Below, piece after piece: positions 40,109 through 52,661 of a stretch of DNA of 64,000 nucleotides. Below the pieces are notes generated by a model that was not told the origin of the DNA, searched no databases, and worked only from the letters and a program-made list of their open reading frames with translations. Where the stretch lies: NCBI GenBank assembly GCA_047495785.1, contig JBLDXI010000021.1, forward strand, positions 2,294,001-2,358,000, given 5' to 3'. Both the position numbers and the translations under genes were made by a program. The stretch comes from Lepidodermella squamata (taxonomy: Eukaryota > Animalia > Gastrotricha). Each line of letters starts with the position of its first letter. The first letter of the stretch is position 1.

Positions 40109-43100
40109 ATGACGGCATCAGCTACAACGCAATCCAGCGTATCGTCTCGGCCGCTTCCAAAATCGCTGATGGATCTTTTCCCGGCCCCGGAATTTACCGA
40201 CCAGTTCGGAAACCGGCTATACAGAAACTGGAGCATGACTTTCCCCGCCTATCACTTCAATGTCTCACATTTGGAGGCAGTTCGCCTCTCGGCATACGAA
40301 CCGCAGGCCTCGTGGCCCAATTTGTACAGCTTTGTCGCAGGCATTATCGACAACGTTGAAACAACAAGCAAAGCTAAATGTGAGTAATGCTGACATATTC
40401 GCCTCTGAATTACTCATACCCATTGCCTTACACAGCATTCCTTCGTGAAATAATCATCAGTGCTACTCAAGGCAGGCCTGGTATAGGCACAGAGATCGTC
40501 AACGTAAGTCTGAGTAATGCAACTCAAGAACATTCAGTGAAAAATCAATTTTTTTTCAGGGCTTGCTAGAGTACAAGTCTCTGTTGGCGATATCAATAAT
40601 TGGCCTTATCGCGTCTTTCATCCTAGTTCCAATCGCATCATGCGTCATTTATTCATGTGTTAAGCGGCGATGCCGCAACAATTACCGCTACAACCCATTC
40701 TCGTCAGATAGCCTCCCCAACTTGGGAAAACCCGTAAAAAACGACGAAAAGCAGCAAAGTTGGCCAACACCTTCCTACTCGAAAGGACTTGTCGCCATGG
40801 CTTCGGTAGCAATTTTCACGGCATTGCTAGCGCTTTTCGGCCTCGGTGCTTCGATCTACTTTAACAATTCGTTTTCGTTCTCGCTACTGCGTTCGGAAAG
40901 CGTGGTCGCCAACGCAACGGCCGATGTTAATGATATCATAGATGATTTCATGACCGATTTCGATGCTGTCGGCGAGGCTGTGACCACCGATGTAAAAAAT
41001 AAGGTGGAATTTGTGAACAAAGCCATGGATTCGCTGAACAACATATTTTCCGACCAACTGAAAATTGTCGACCTACTTCAGAAATCACAGGCCATTCTCT
41101 TGTTTTTCATCATGCTATCTTGGGAAAAATCGACCGTCGAGCCGTTGCGGGATTCGATCAACGCAGCTCGCAATGCCACCCTTCGCCTGAACCTCGCCGA
41201 AATGGACGTGCTGAGCATGTTGGGCGATGAGCGTTCGCTAGCTTCAATTCGCGATCTTTGCGCGGCGAGTGCCAGCAACGCGTCGTGGCCGCAAACTTGC
41301 GCCCGATTCAGCCGTAGTTCGAACGCAACCGATGTTTGCACATCATGCCTTCTGCCCGACATACCCGACGAGTTGAACCCGTCGTTTTTGAACCACTACA
41401 AGAACCGCGTCGAAATCGAATCTGCCCTAAAAGCCATGTCAAATCGCACGAGCCGAATGATGTTAACCAAGGTTGGGCAAATGGTTACCCGCGAGGAGTT
41501 GATCAACCAGTTTAAAAGCATCAAGTCCAACTTGATGGGCGACTTCGACGCCTGGCAACAACACTACACCAAGTGGTTCAATAGCCGTCTGCACGGCATT
41601 ACGCATGGTGAAAAATGTGATGGCGACGACTCGGTCGCTACGACTACGACTACAGCTGAACCGACGACTACGACAACGAAAAGAATGCCTAGAACTCGCC
41701 GGACCACTTTGAAATCTGACGAAGTGACTGGAACTGGTATCAGCCAGACTACAACACTTAGCGACGATTTGGCGATATGGACAGACGAGACAACCCCAGC
41801 CCCTGAGGTTAAACCTCCCAATAGCGAATCCAGCGTGGCTTCAATTATAGGCTCGGTTCGCGACGCATTCCGCGATCGCCATATTGTGGCTCTAACTCTG
41901 TTGATCATCGCCGCGATTCAAATCTTTCTAATGGTTATCGGCGCGTCTTGCTTACTGGTAGTCTATTGCCGAGGCGTCGACCATTCACGTAATTTCCGAA
42001 CCCGTCAAGCGACTAAACTAGAAAAAGTCGGCCGATCTTCTGCTATAGCGTAAGCTTTTTAGGATTATTTGCTCAATGATAATTAAATGATGTTTGTTTG
42101 TTATAGTGGCTCAGTGCTGTTTGTTGCCCTCGCTGGTCCAGCGCTGTGCGTCTTAGCGGCCGCTCACTTCTATGCTGGTGGCTTCATCGACAAAACCGTC
42201 TGCTCAGCCGTTAGATCAGGCAATCACTCGCTGCTCGACGAAATGCTGAACACGGCTCGAAATGGCTCGCAAGATAACATTCTACGCTATGCCTTGCCGT
42301 CATGCGTCGTCACATTCGCCGACTCGATTGACCCTGATATTCTAGCCGATCGGCTAACGGTTGGCAAGTTCCTCGAATTCGCCGCGAATGGAAGCACTAT
42401 TAACCAGTTTCTGAGGCTCAACGACTCTGTGTTTGTGCGCGAGGTCAAGGACCTGACCTACTTGAATCTGACGTCTAAACTAGTGGTGTACAACAACAAA
42501 ACCGCGGCGTACATGGCCAACTTCACGGAAATAATCGCGGATGGAGCAATTTTCCGAAAATTAAAGTCCGAAATCAACATCAATGCCACGAGGGCGTTGA
42601 GTGGTCAGATTTCGAACTGCTCGGGCTGTGTCATGAGTTCCTTGCTGTCAAACCCGCAATTCTCGCAAAAGTCAGCAACAGCTACCATCTACAAGAGCAT
42701 GCTGAGCAAATATTTCACTGATTTGAATTCAGCGTATCGGACGTGGTCGGACGCCAGCGAGATGATGACTATCGCCGTCGAACAACGCGATCTAATAACT
42801 GATTCTATGCACTACGTCGAGTCTTGGGTCAAGCAAATCATGGTCCTATTGAAAGACCTCATCCGCTACATGGTCGTCAAGCTGGTTGACAACGTTTCCA
42901 ATGGCGTTACGCTTGATATCGGGCGGCTTCGCATGGCCTATGAGTTGTACAACGGCGTCGCTGTTCAGTACGCCTGTGTCGAACTTATCGGCGCTATGAA
43001 CGCGTTTTGGTTCTTTGTTGGCATCTATTTGATATTTTCGACCGTCAGCGCGTTGCTGTTGATCGCGAGCTATGCGGCTTTGGTTAGCATGCAGCGTCCC

Positions 43101-43424
43101 CAACGCGGTATCGCCTCGAAAGTATGGCAGGCCCCGGAGCAGGTTGTTATAAGTGACAACTACTACGCGGTTTCAGACGGCGCTTTTCGCAACAAGACGC
43201 TGACAGCTGAGAGCAGTATCAACTACTCGGCCGAGTCTTACATAATGGGCTCGGTTGTATCCGAAGCACTGGCGTCGCCGGCAAGCTCTACGCAATCCTC
43301 GCCGATGAACACTTCGGCCAGTTCGTCGGCACTTCGAAGCAGCCAGTCTTCGGCTAGCATTCGCATGCCCGATGATGACGATGATAAGCTGGTCTTCACA
43401 ACAACAAGTTTCAGCATCTCCTAG
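40109..43424 (+). CDS. Prominin-like pentaspan membrane glycoprotein, paralog A; exons ~40109-40379, 40436-40503, 40560-42049, 42107-43424
   Basis: Five TM segments, two large N-glycosylated loops, Cys/basic stretch after TM1 (SCVKRRC), GGFIDKTVC after TM4, prominin-like CVELIGAMNAFWFFVG before TM5. Confidence 0.75.
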
Positions 43425-44874
43425 AGCCATCGGCCGAGCTAGTTTTTCTAATTCGTCAATACTCAAATCATCTCATCGATTAATCCGAAATAAATTTTGT
43501 ATCTTTCAAATAATAAAACAATTGCGCAGATCTAAATGGGCAGTGTCTGTTTTTTCAGTTCAAAGAGGTTATAGAAAGTTTCATGCTGCGGTTTTTCTCG
43601 AATTTGACTTGTTTCAACGATGAACGAATCAATCTTGGGAATTCCTGAAAACCATATGAGAAGTTCACCCTTGATTGATTTGGCTTGACTTTTGAACAAA
43701 TTAAATTAGGAATAATTGTTGCTCATCTTTATTTTTTGCCGCCCTAATATTCGCTCATTTTCGTCGGGATCTAACATTCCAAAGCATCATCATGAGGAAT
43801 CAGAGAATAAATCTTGCAAAATAACGCTGTTGAGTATTTTCAATGAGGGAGTCTGACTTCATTTTCGGGTACTCCAGTACAACCACGAGCTTCATTATAA
43901 AGGAATGAATCATCAAGTAAATTGTCGGGAGCAGTAAATTAGATACGTGTCAAAAGTTCCTAATGACTTTGATGACGTAGGTATAACTCATCACGAAACG
44001 TAATTATCGGCATGTTAATAAATCATGGCCAAATCCCATTAGATACAAAATGTAGCAATTGTCTGCGTGCAGCGGACCGAGCCGCCAAGATTGTTCAAAC
44101 ATCTCTTTGAAAGTCGTCGTGACTTCGCAATACATGCTCTCAGTACCCAGCGGATGTGCTGTATCCTTAGTAATTCGGTCTCATAGATGTAAAACGTTGA
44201 CATAATTTAAATTTGTGGCGTTATCTCGGCTTCATGGTGAGAACAAAGCGCAGGCAACTATAACAAAACCACCATTGTTAAAATTGTTGAAAAAAAACAC
44301 AATGCGTGGATGTGTCTATGTTGGAAATGTAAACTATAATCCTACATCGCTGATGTTGGTGCGGAAAAGAAAAGCAGGCGAATGTTGTTTTGAACGTGAG
44401 TAAGATTTACAACGCGAGCTCACTAAATGGCAGCCAAAAGTTTCAATTGCTCAGAGCTTGAAAGCGACAACGCTCTTAGAGCCCTGGCGCGTACGTGCAT
44501 TCTTGAACCGTGGCGACAACAGAACAAAGCAACAACAAAGGAATGAAAGAATATAACGCGTATACGAAGTTGCGTAAAAAATATTAGTATCACTGCTACA
44601 ACACATGTGTTTGTTTTACAATAAATAATACTAATAAAATCGCCCATTTAGACAGACAAACTTAGCGTGTTGAGTAGGTGCCTGTTTCCCGCTTTTTTTC
44701 TACTATTCGGGTGTTTTAAAATATCGTGCTTAACAGCTTGTTTGACTCATTTGACGTCCAAAATACTGAATACATCGTTTGGCCGACTTGAAATTTAACA
44801 AGACCTGGATAGCGGGGACTTGCAACTTGAACCAGAGTAGATAGTTACATCGGAAAAGACACCTGCCCTTGAAG

Positions 44875-47800
44875 ATGCAGATGTCAATGCCGACTAGCTT
44901 GAAGGACGTCATTAAAGCGCCGCAGATCGCACTCAACGGAAATAAGCTCAACTCTGATTGGACGATTGTTCTGCCCGACTATGACTTCAGCAACAGCTCG
45001 AGCCAACCACTATCTCTTTTCGCGTCAAATTACCGAGCCGTAGGAGCCTGGCCAAATCTTTACGGCTTTGTCTCCGATATTATCGACAAAGCTGAGTCTT
45101 CGAAGGCCCCACAAAGTAAGAATTTATTTTTCATTTTATTCACATAATTCTAGGCTAAATTATTCCCTCGAATTAGCAAAAGATATCTACGTAAATTTTT
45201 TATTCATTTGATCGTTACAAGACTCATTCGATCGTACTTGAAGGAGCTTAAAGGAGCCTAAATGTTCAAGGGTCGAAGGTACTTATTTCCATACAAATCT
45301 AAATGGTAAAGCGTTTGTTTTGGCGCGTCGCTAACGATATGCTACTCCCTCAAGGCATATTCATCAATTTTCCAAAGCCCAAAACACAATAAATATTTTT
45401 TCAGGACCTATCAAATCATATCCCGCGAATCCCATTGGCACCTGAAATTCCATTTGAATTTTTCTCCCCACTTAGATGCGATCAGAAACATAGCCATGAC
45501 GGCTGGTAAAGGAGTGACCATGAACGGCCTTATCAATGAGTTACTTTGGGTATGTTTCATTCGCGGATTTGACCATGTTTACGCGAACTATTGCCGTAGC
45601 CAATCGTAGAATGCAAAGGACTGATTGCAGTTGCAGCAATTGGAATCTTGCTCACCTTCATAATAGTCCCGATTGCCGCTGGTCTCGCCTACTGCCTCTC
45701 ACGGAGGCGTTATCGCAACGACTTCCGCTACAACCCCTTTTCCAGCGACTCGTTGGCAACTGCCGATTCGAGTCACCAATCGAGTATGCGCGTATCATCC
45801 GCAAATTCGTTTAACTTCAAGCCGCTGAACGGCAATGCCGCTGCAAATGGCCAAGCCGTACACCAACCAAATCACGACCTCTACTCGACGGGCATGATAG
45901 CCATGGCTGTCATTGCTATAATCGCCTGTTTCGGCGCGGCATTCGGCTTGGGAGGGGCTTTTTACTTCAACGAATCTTTTACATGGTCGCTATACCGATC
46001 GTCGACTGTTGTTTTCGGCGCTATATTAGATTACAACAGGATTATGGCCAGTTTTAACAATGACTTCACCACTGTCGTCAATGTCATGACAGCTGATGTT
46101 GAAAAAAAGAAAGACTTCGGATTAAAAGCTATCGACTCATTTAAAGGCATGTTCAACGACGCAACTGGCCTCATAGACTTGGCGCAAAAGGTAACGTTTT
46201 ATTTATAAGACCTACGAAATAGTGTCATTCTTATCTTTTATTGACTCTATAGTCGCAAATATTCGGACTTTTTGTCGTAGCTTTCACGTGGGAAAGTTCG
46301 GTGACAAAACCCCTCGTGAACAGCGCATCGGATCTGCAAGTTGCCCTCGATAACATGTTATTGGCTACAAATCGCCTCAACGCGCTGCGCCAAACTGTTA
46401 GCCCGCAGCTCGCTGCCAGCATTTGTCAAACTGCCGGCGCGAATACAACGGCGATGATGAGCAATTTATCGCCATCTTGCTCTTTCCTTGTCAGCGCATC
46501 GGCCGTGCTAACGCCAGCTGCATTTATCAGCTCCTGCTCGTCTTGCCTCGTGCCTCCGTTCGACCCAGCCACTGCCGCGCCGATATCACCCGAAATGCTG
46601 GTACGTGTCAGGCGGAACGTGGAATCGGTGTTCAACCAAACCAACGATTTGATGATGTCGGTGAAATTCGGCCAGATCAGCGTGTCGCAAGACTCGCTGA
46701 TGCGTCAGTTCAATGGCATCGTTTCGTCTTTCGGAACAGACTTTGAGTCGTTGATCAATTTTTACATGGACTGGTATGAACTGCGGGTTAAACCAGTTAT
46801 CAATGGTGGATCGTGTCCTGACAATCTTCCCCCGAGGCCGGAAACAACAGCCATATCACCGACGGGTGGATCGGCTGTTATTCCAGCTGCAACTCCTGCC
46901 CCGGTGGTGCCAGCAGCAACTCCGCCTTCAGTCGCGACATTACCGACCGTTATCACAGTTGGTCCGCAGGGCTTGCCTACTACTACAACGACTACTACGA
47001 CGACTACAACAACAACAACAACAACAACTGCGGCACCAGAGGAGGACCAAACCGGGGTTACGGTCGGTCAAATTCAGCAAGCGTTTTTCATCCGATACAT
47101 TTTGGCCATAGTGATCATGATAATAGCAGCCGTTAGCCTCGCGTTGATGATTATTGGTGCCATTTGCTTGCTGGTTTTCTACCACGAACCTAGCGAAAAA
47201 GGCCTCCGATCCCGCAGCCCATCCAAAGTCGGAGTTGTTGGGTCGAAATTCATCATATCGTGAGTCATTTTTCAAAGGGTTGTTCTTAGTCTTTATTATA
47301 TCAATTTTTTCAGAGGCGCTGTTATTTATGTCGCTTTCACTGGACCGTTGCTTTGCCTATTGGCTGCTGGGCATTTCATAGCGGGAAGTTATGTTGATAA
47401 ATCGGTGTGCAGAATCATCGCTAAAGAAGACTACGCGGGGTTCGATCGAATGCTTGGTGAAGACATTCTTGAGAAAGCCCTGCCCGAATGCATCGTTAAA
47501 CTGGTGAAAAGCATCGACCCGGATCTATTAAACCGTGTAACCGCTACCAAAATAATCGAAGCCGCACGAGAAGACATGACGCTCAACGAATTCGTTCGAA
47601 TCGAGGATACTGACGTGTGTTTGGATTAAATCGAAAGGATTGGGATTTTACAGATGTTTTTTTTTCAGTTTGTTCGCGACGTTCGCAATTTGAAGCACCT
47701 GCGACTATCAGCGAGGCTTGAAATTTTATCGCCAGCCATTCAAAAATATTTCAACAATCTTACAAACATCGCTGCTTCGTCCAGTTTCTTCCAGAGTGTT

Positions 47801-48814
47801 ATCAATTCGATGGACCTCGCGCCGGCTATTGCTATCAATAACACGTTGAAAACATGTTCGAACTGCGCCGTGAATACCAGCGCGAATTCGATTGGCTTCA
47901 ACTTGAATTCCGTTAATCTTACTTCAAATTCTTCGATCGATTTGACAACTCCACAGGGCCAGCTAACGGCAGCTCAGCGGTATCGATTAGCCTTGGCTAA
48001 TTACCTGAACAATGCGACGATAAGCTACGCTGCGCTTGGCGATATGGCCGATACGTTGACACAAACAATTGAGAAGCGCGAAGCAACAGCATCAATTATG
48101 CACTTCGGCGAGACTTACTTCGATGCGCTAATTCTACTCCTCAAAGCTGAGATCATTTACGTCGCCGGAGAGTTGCTCGACAAGATTGTCGCTGCCGCCA
48201 ATCGTGATGTTGGTCGCATGGGTATCATCTTCGACTTGTACGACGGCATCGCACGCGAATATGGGTGCGTCGAGCTAATTGGGGCTTTGGTTTGCAATGA
48301 TCCTCCCTAAATTTCTTGAACTAAATGATTTTTTTCAATTCAGAATGCTTACTGGTTTTTCGTTGGAATCTATCTATTCTTCTCAACAATCAGCGCTCTT
48401 CTGTTGTTTGCAACTTACGGCGTTGTTCAAGCTCTGATGTAAAATTTTATAGGCCACATTTTGGCTATATTATTACCTATTGCTGTTTGCAGGCAAAAGC
48501 AAGTCACTGCGCTGTATTGGCAAAGCCGCGCAACTTTAGGCACAGTCGCTACCGCAACTTCGTTGTTGCCTGCGAATGGTACATCTACTGCGGCTAACAA
48601 CCAAATCTACGGCAGGCCATCGTTAGCCATGGGCAACAAGGCCTACAGCGGCGATGATGACGGCGAAGTATACACAATGAAGTCACTCGGCAATAATAAC
48701 CCCGATTCGAAGTACTTGTCGTCGAACGGCAGCAATTCGGCCATGCTCGAGGATGAAAATGACGTTGATGCGAAACCTAGCAGTAACGGCCATATGAAAA
48801 CCTTCACCACTTGA
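44875..48814 (+). CDS. Prominin-like pentaspan membrane glycoprotein, paralog B; exons ~44875-45115, 45476-45549, 45600-46190, 46252-47259, 47314-47614, 47669-48289, 48344-48438, 48493-48814
   Basis: Colinear with paralog A (WPNLYGFVSDIID, YNPFSSDSL, GSYVDKSVC, CVELIGAL|NAYWFFVGIY); same 5-TM layout. Confidence 0.75.
46978..47030 (+). repeat. Coding (ACN)n repeat encoding a poly-Thr tract
   Basis: actactacaacgactactacgacgactacaacaacaacaacaacaacaact inside prominin-like B. Confidence 0.85.
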
Positions 48815-49719
48815 TATGTATACATATTGTGCCAATTTAATTTTTGTAATTAATTCCTTGACTCAATCGATTCTTGATGCCTTTTCGCAATTTTTGCCGA
48901 TTTTTATGTGATGCATTTTTTGCGGCGAATATATTACTGAATAAATTGAGCCTTACTCTTGAATAATGTGTTCGTCCGTGAGATTTCCACGTCGTCATCA
49001 CCTATGTTTGCTTTTAATTAATGTTTATTTTGTCTTTAAGGGCGGGCTTATGTCGTATCCAAAATCGAACGAGTTTTTTCGTCCTCAAGCGTGTTGGCTC
49101 GGTAGTTTTTTCACACTTCAGACTCGGCGCCGGGGTTGCTGGGCACACATATCGATTTTGTCTTTTTTCAGCGTACTCAAGCCCGCAAAGATTCCAGTGA
49201 GATGAGCCGCAGCCATATCTGCGGCAGTGGTCTTAGCCGACAATTTTTGAAAACATCCTCCAAGGCTATTACAAGTGGCGCTGAGTAATGGCATTCTTCA
49301 TTTCACAAAAAAAATCAATTGTAATAGGCGATTATATCACGCTGCTGGCACGTGCTTATCGGGCAAAATAAGAGCTGCAACACAAAGTAGCTGGCTCGCC
49401 ATTCAAGCAGCAAGTAGCTTCTGCCTGAATAACGATATCGCGCGCGCGGAGCTCATAATTGAGCGCCTCACCTCTCAAGTTTCGCGGAAGCACCGCCAAG
49501 TTGTCACTTTAAGTTAGCGGCGTAAGAAAACGATAAGCCGCAGCTTTTTTCGTAAACAACACCTGCTGTTTTCCGCCACAACGTCTTTATCGCGTAATCT
49601 CTTTTATTGTCCGAAATATATTCGATCACTCCATGTAGAGTTGGACTCGAATTTCTGAAATACCTTTATATCCCGGTATTACTTTTCTCTGAACTTTATT
49701 GCTGTTTGTTACATTAGGG

Positions 49720-50170
49720 ATTCCTACGTTTCGACAGCCAATCTCTGCGACAGTTATTTTTAAGGGATTTTTTATTATGAAGTCGGTTTGGGGTAAAAAA
49801 AATAAGACACTCACATCGATCAACTACCGCGTAAAGGTAGATGCTTTTAACCTGCGAATAATTTAGCGCGAATAGAATAAGATGAATATAAGAAGTGTAA
49901 AGTTGGAGCCCATCACCAATAGCGCAGGCTTGATATAGCATCGATTCGTTCTTCAAATGTCACTCGAAATTTGACGGCTTGATGGTATAGCGCTCTTCGA
50001 AAAGGGAAAGAAACCTTGAATCAATACCCCGGAAGATTCTATGCGCGCTAAATTATTCACTGGTTAGAAACGTCAACCTTAATGCGGTAGGCAATCGATA
50101 CAAGCGTTAACTTCTCCTACAACAACAAAAACTGCGCCATGAAAAATTCTTTGGCAGTCGAAGCGTCGGT
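49720..50170. mobile_element. Degenerate fold-back/MITE-like element with long inverted arms
   Basis: ttttaacctgcgaataatttagcgcgaatagaat (~49845-49878) is the near reverse complement of attctatgcgcgctaaattattcactggttagaa (~50036-50069); similarity continues outward (ctaccgcgtaaaggt/accttaatgcggtag; tcgacagccaa/ttggcagtcga). Confidence 0.6.
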
Positions 50171-50343
50171 AATAAATGCGCTACAACTTGCAAGCAAGCT
50201 AATTTCGATAAGACCTCGCCTTTGCCCTATTACAGACTTTTAGTATCCAGCTAGATTCTGAAGATCCCGCCTTTAATTCTGCACTTGGATTCGGATTTAA
50301 AATGTAACAGTTTTTCCTAATAGATGTCTTTTATGAAGCGAAC

Positions 50344-52038
50344 ATGATACCAATGTCCCGGAACAACCCAGTTTCCATGCTGGAATCCTCCGGCATGGAA
50401 CCTATACCTAACGAATCGGTGAAGCTTGGCGGAGCAGCGACGGCATTTTTGTTCGGTGGCGAATTACCAGGTGCTTATTTATCAGTCAGCAGTCAGCCAG
50501 CAAACATCAGCAGCAGCGCGCCATCATCGCTTGAAGAAATGCACATGTTCAGCGTGGCAGAACGCATCGCGATTTCTTCAGTGCTTGTTACCATGATTGT
50601 CATCGGCTTCATCGGCAATGGTTTAACAATTTCAGCCGTTCTACAGCGCCGCTTTCTACGCGCCATCCCACCAGCCAATTATTTCGTGCTGAACTTAGCC
50701 ATTGCTGACTTTTCAATATCAGTGCTGTCGAACACGACGCATCTCGCCAATATTTGGGCGTCATTCATGCAGAACGATGCCAACGTGTGTCGGTTTTTAG
50801 CCACCCTGTGCCTGCTCGCTTGCTCAGAGTCGTTATTCACCCTAACTGCTATCGCGATATTTCGATTCCTCGGCGTTCGATCAAGTTTGCAAGGCTTGAA
50901 GCGACGCCGCCGCCTGGCTTTCATGCTCATCGGCCTCACCTGGGCAATGTCGTTGGGCTTCTCGATTGGCAATGTGCTGACGGAACCGGACGATTTGTAC
51001 GCACCCGATGCTATGACTTGTCTTTACAAGTTCCGAGAAAGTGCCATGGCATTTTTTACGCTCTTCCTCATCGTTGCTTGCCTGCTAATAGTAACTGCGA
51101 CCTATCTCAGCCTAATTATCCGGTTAATTGCCAGCGAGAATGAACACAACAAACGATGCATAGTAAGTACCTGCTGCGATTTTTAATCGATTTTTTCAAA
51201 TTTTATTTCAAAATTGTAGGACAGATCACCGAGCAGTGGTGGGGTGCAAAGCAAAGCCCGAAATTCGTTCAGCTGTGTTCCGTCCGGCATCATGACGTTC
51301 AACCACAGCGAACCGATAGGCTTACCGCGAAGGTCGGGTAGCAATCGGCGCCTGCTCTCGCTTGCTTCCACGAGCTCATTCCCACTGAATCAGACACCGT
51401 CACAGCCTGCTGTTCGAAAGGCTTCTGTTGGAACGAATGGCTCGTACAATCGGCTTGATTTGTCGAAAACGGTCAAGACAGTTATTTTCCTCGTGTTGCT
51501 GATCTACATATTCTGGATTCCAACTTTCGTCGTTCAAAGCCTGGTTAGAAATAACTACGCTGTACCTCACCGGGTAAATTTTAGCAAAACACGCCGTTGA
51601 TTTACTGAAAATTTAATTTACTTCATTTTTTAGGTCTCGATGTTTGCGCTGTTACTCAGCCATGCAAACAGCTCTATCAATTTTATAATTTACGCGGTTT
51701 TTAACAAATTTTTCCGTGGAGCGTTGCGAGATTTCATCCGCACCGTCGCTCCGTGTTGCTCGCGTTACTTACGGCCATCGAGACGCAGCTCGTTGAAGCC
51801 TGACGACCCTGACCATATTCTTCGCCAATTTTATCAACGCCAAGCTGGGTTGGTTGCGAGGAAAGAAGAGAAAATAGCGCTGCCGGTTATTGACGCCTCG
51901 CTGAACAGCAAACCCGGATTCTACCTAGGACCTCCGGAAGAAGACGAGCAGCAGCAGCAGCGACCTCCTGATTTTGATAAGCCACATCAGTCTCGCGCCG
52001 ACGAACAGCAGGCACCTCTTCCGATACGAGAAATTTAA
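50344..52038 (+). CDS. Orphan class A (rhodopsin-like) GPCR; exons ~50344-51163, 51220-51573, 51634-52038
   Basis: TM1 GFIGNGLTI, TM2 FVLNLAIADF, TM3 Cys and SLFTLTAIAIFRF, TM4 W, TM6 FWIP, TM7 ANSSINFIIY, helix 8 NKFFR with CC palmitoylation site. Confidence 0.92.
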
Positions 52039-52661
52039 GATTTGCAATTTGATCAATGACTCATCACCAAACTTGTTTTCGTGTCATTTTACACACATCC
52101 GAGCTTTTGACACGTTTTATACGTTTTTATTTTTTATGCAGATAAATTTATTGATTTGCTTCTCGATCTCATATCTCCGGTTTCGCTTTTTTGAATAAAA
52201 ATGACACAATTTTCTTTACAGTTGCGGTTGCTGGTGTGGTTAAAAAAATGCAAAAATAATGAAGATCTAAACGAAAGAGGTACATACATAAATTTGGAAT
52301 TTGGAATGTGCGAGTTAATTTCAATCGTGATTAAGCTCATCAATATGTTTTCTAGAAAACTCGGCCAGAGAACCCGATAGGCACAAGCTTATATCAACCG
52401 ACGGTACATTTATCACATGAGGCGAAAAGAATAAAGACCGCTATAACGAAAAATTGAAAGACTTCTTTATTACCTTTGGTTACGCTCGGGGTGACCCACA
52501 TTTAACTTTGCTTTGCGCAAGAAACAACAGCGGTGTTGCGCGCAACACGTACAGGTAAGCAGCTTATGTGCATGTAGCAGCGACCCCAGTAGGACCACCA
52601 CTAGCCCGCGTTTCTGCGAATACTTTTATATAGATGATATGCGTTCCAAGTTTTTATTTGG

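Noticed and set aside
51634-51700. GPCR as an opsin
   Set aside because: The position equivalent to Lys296 is His (LLSHANSSINF)
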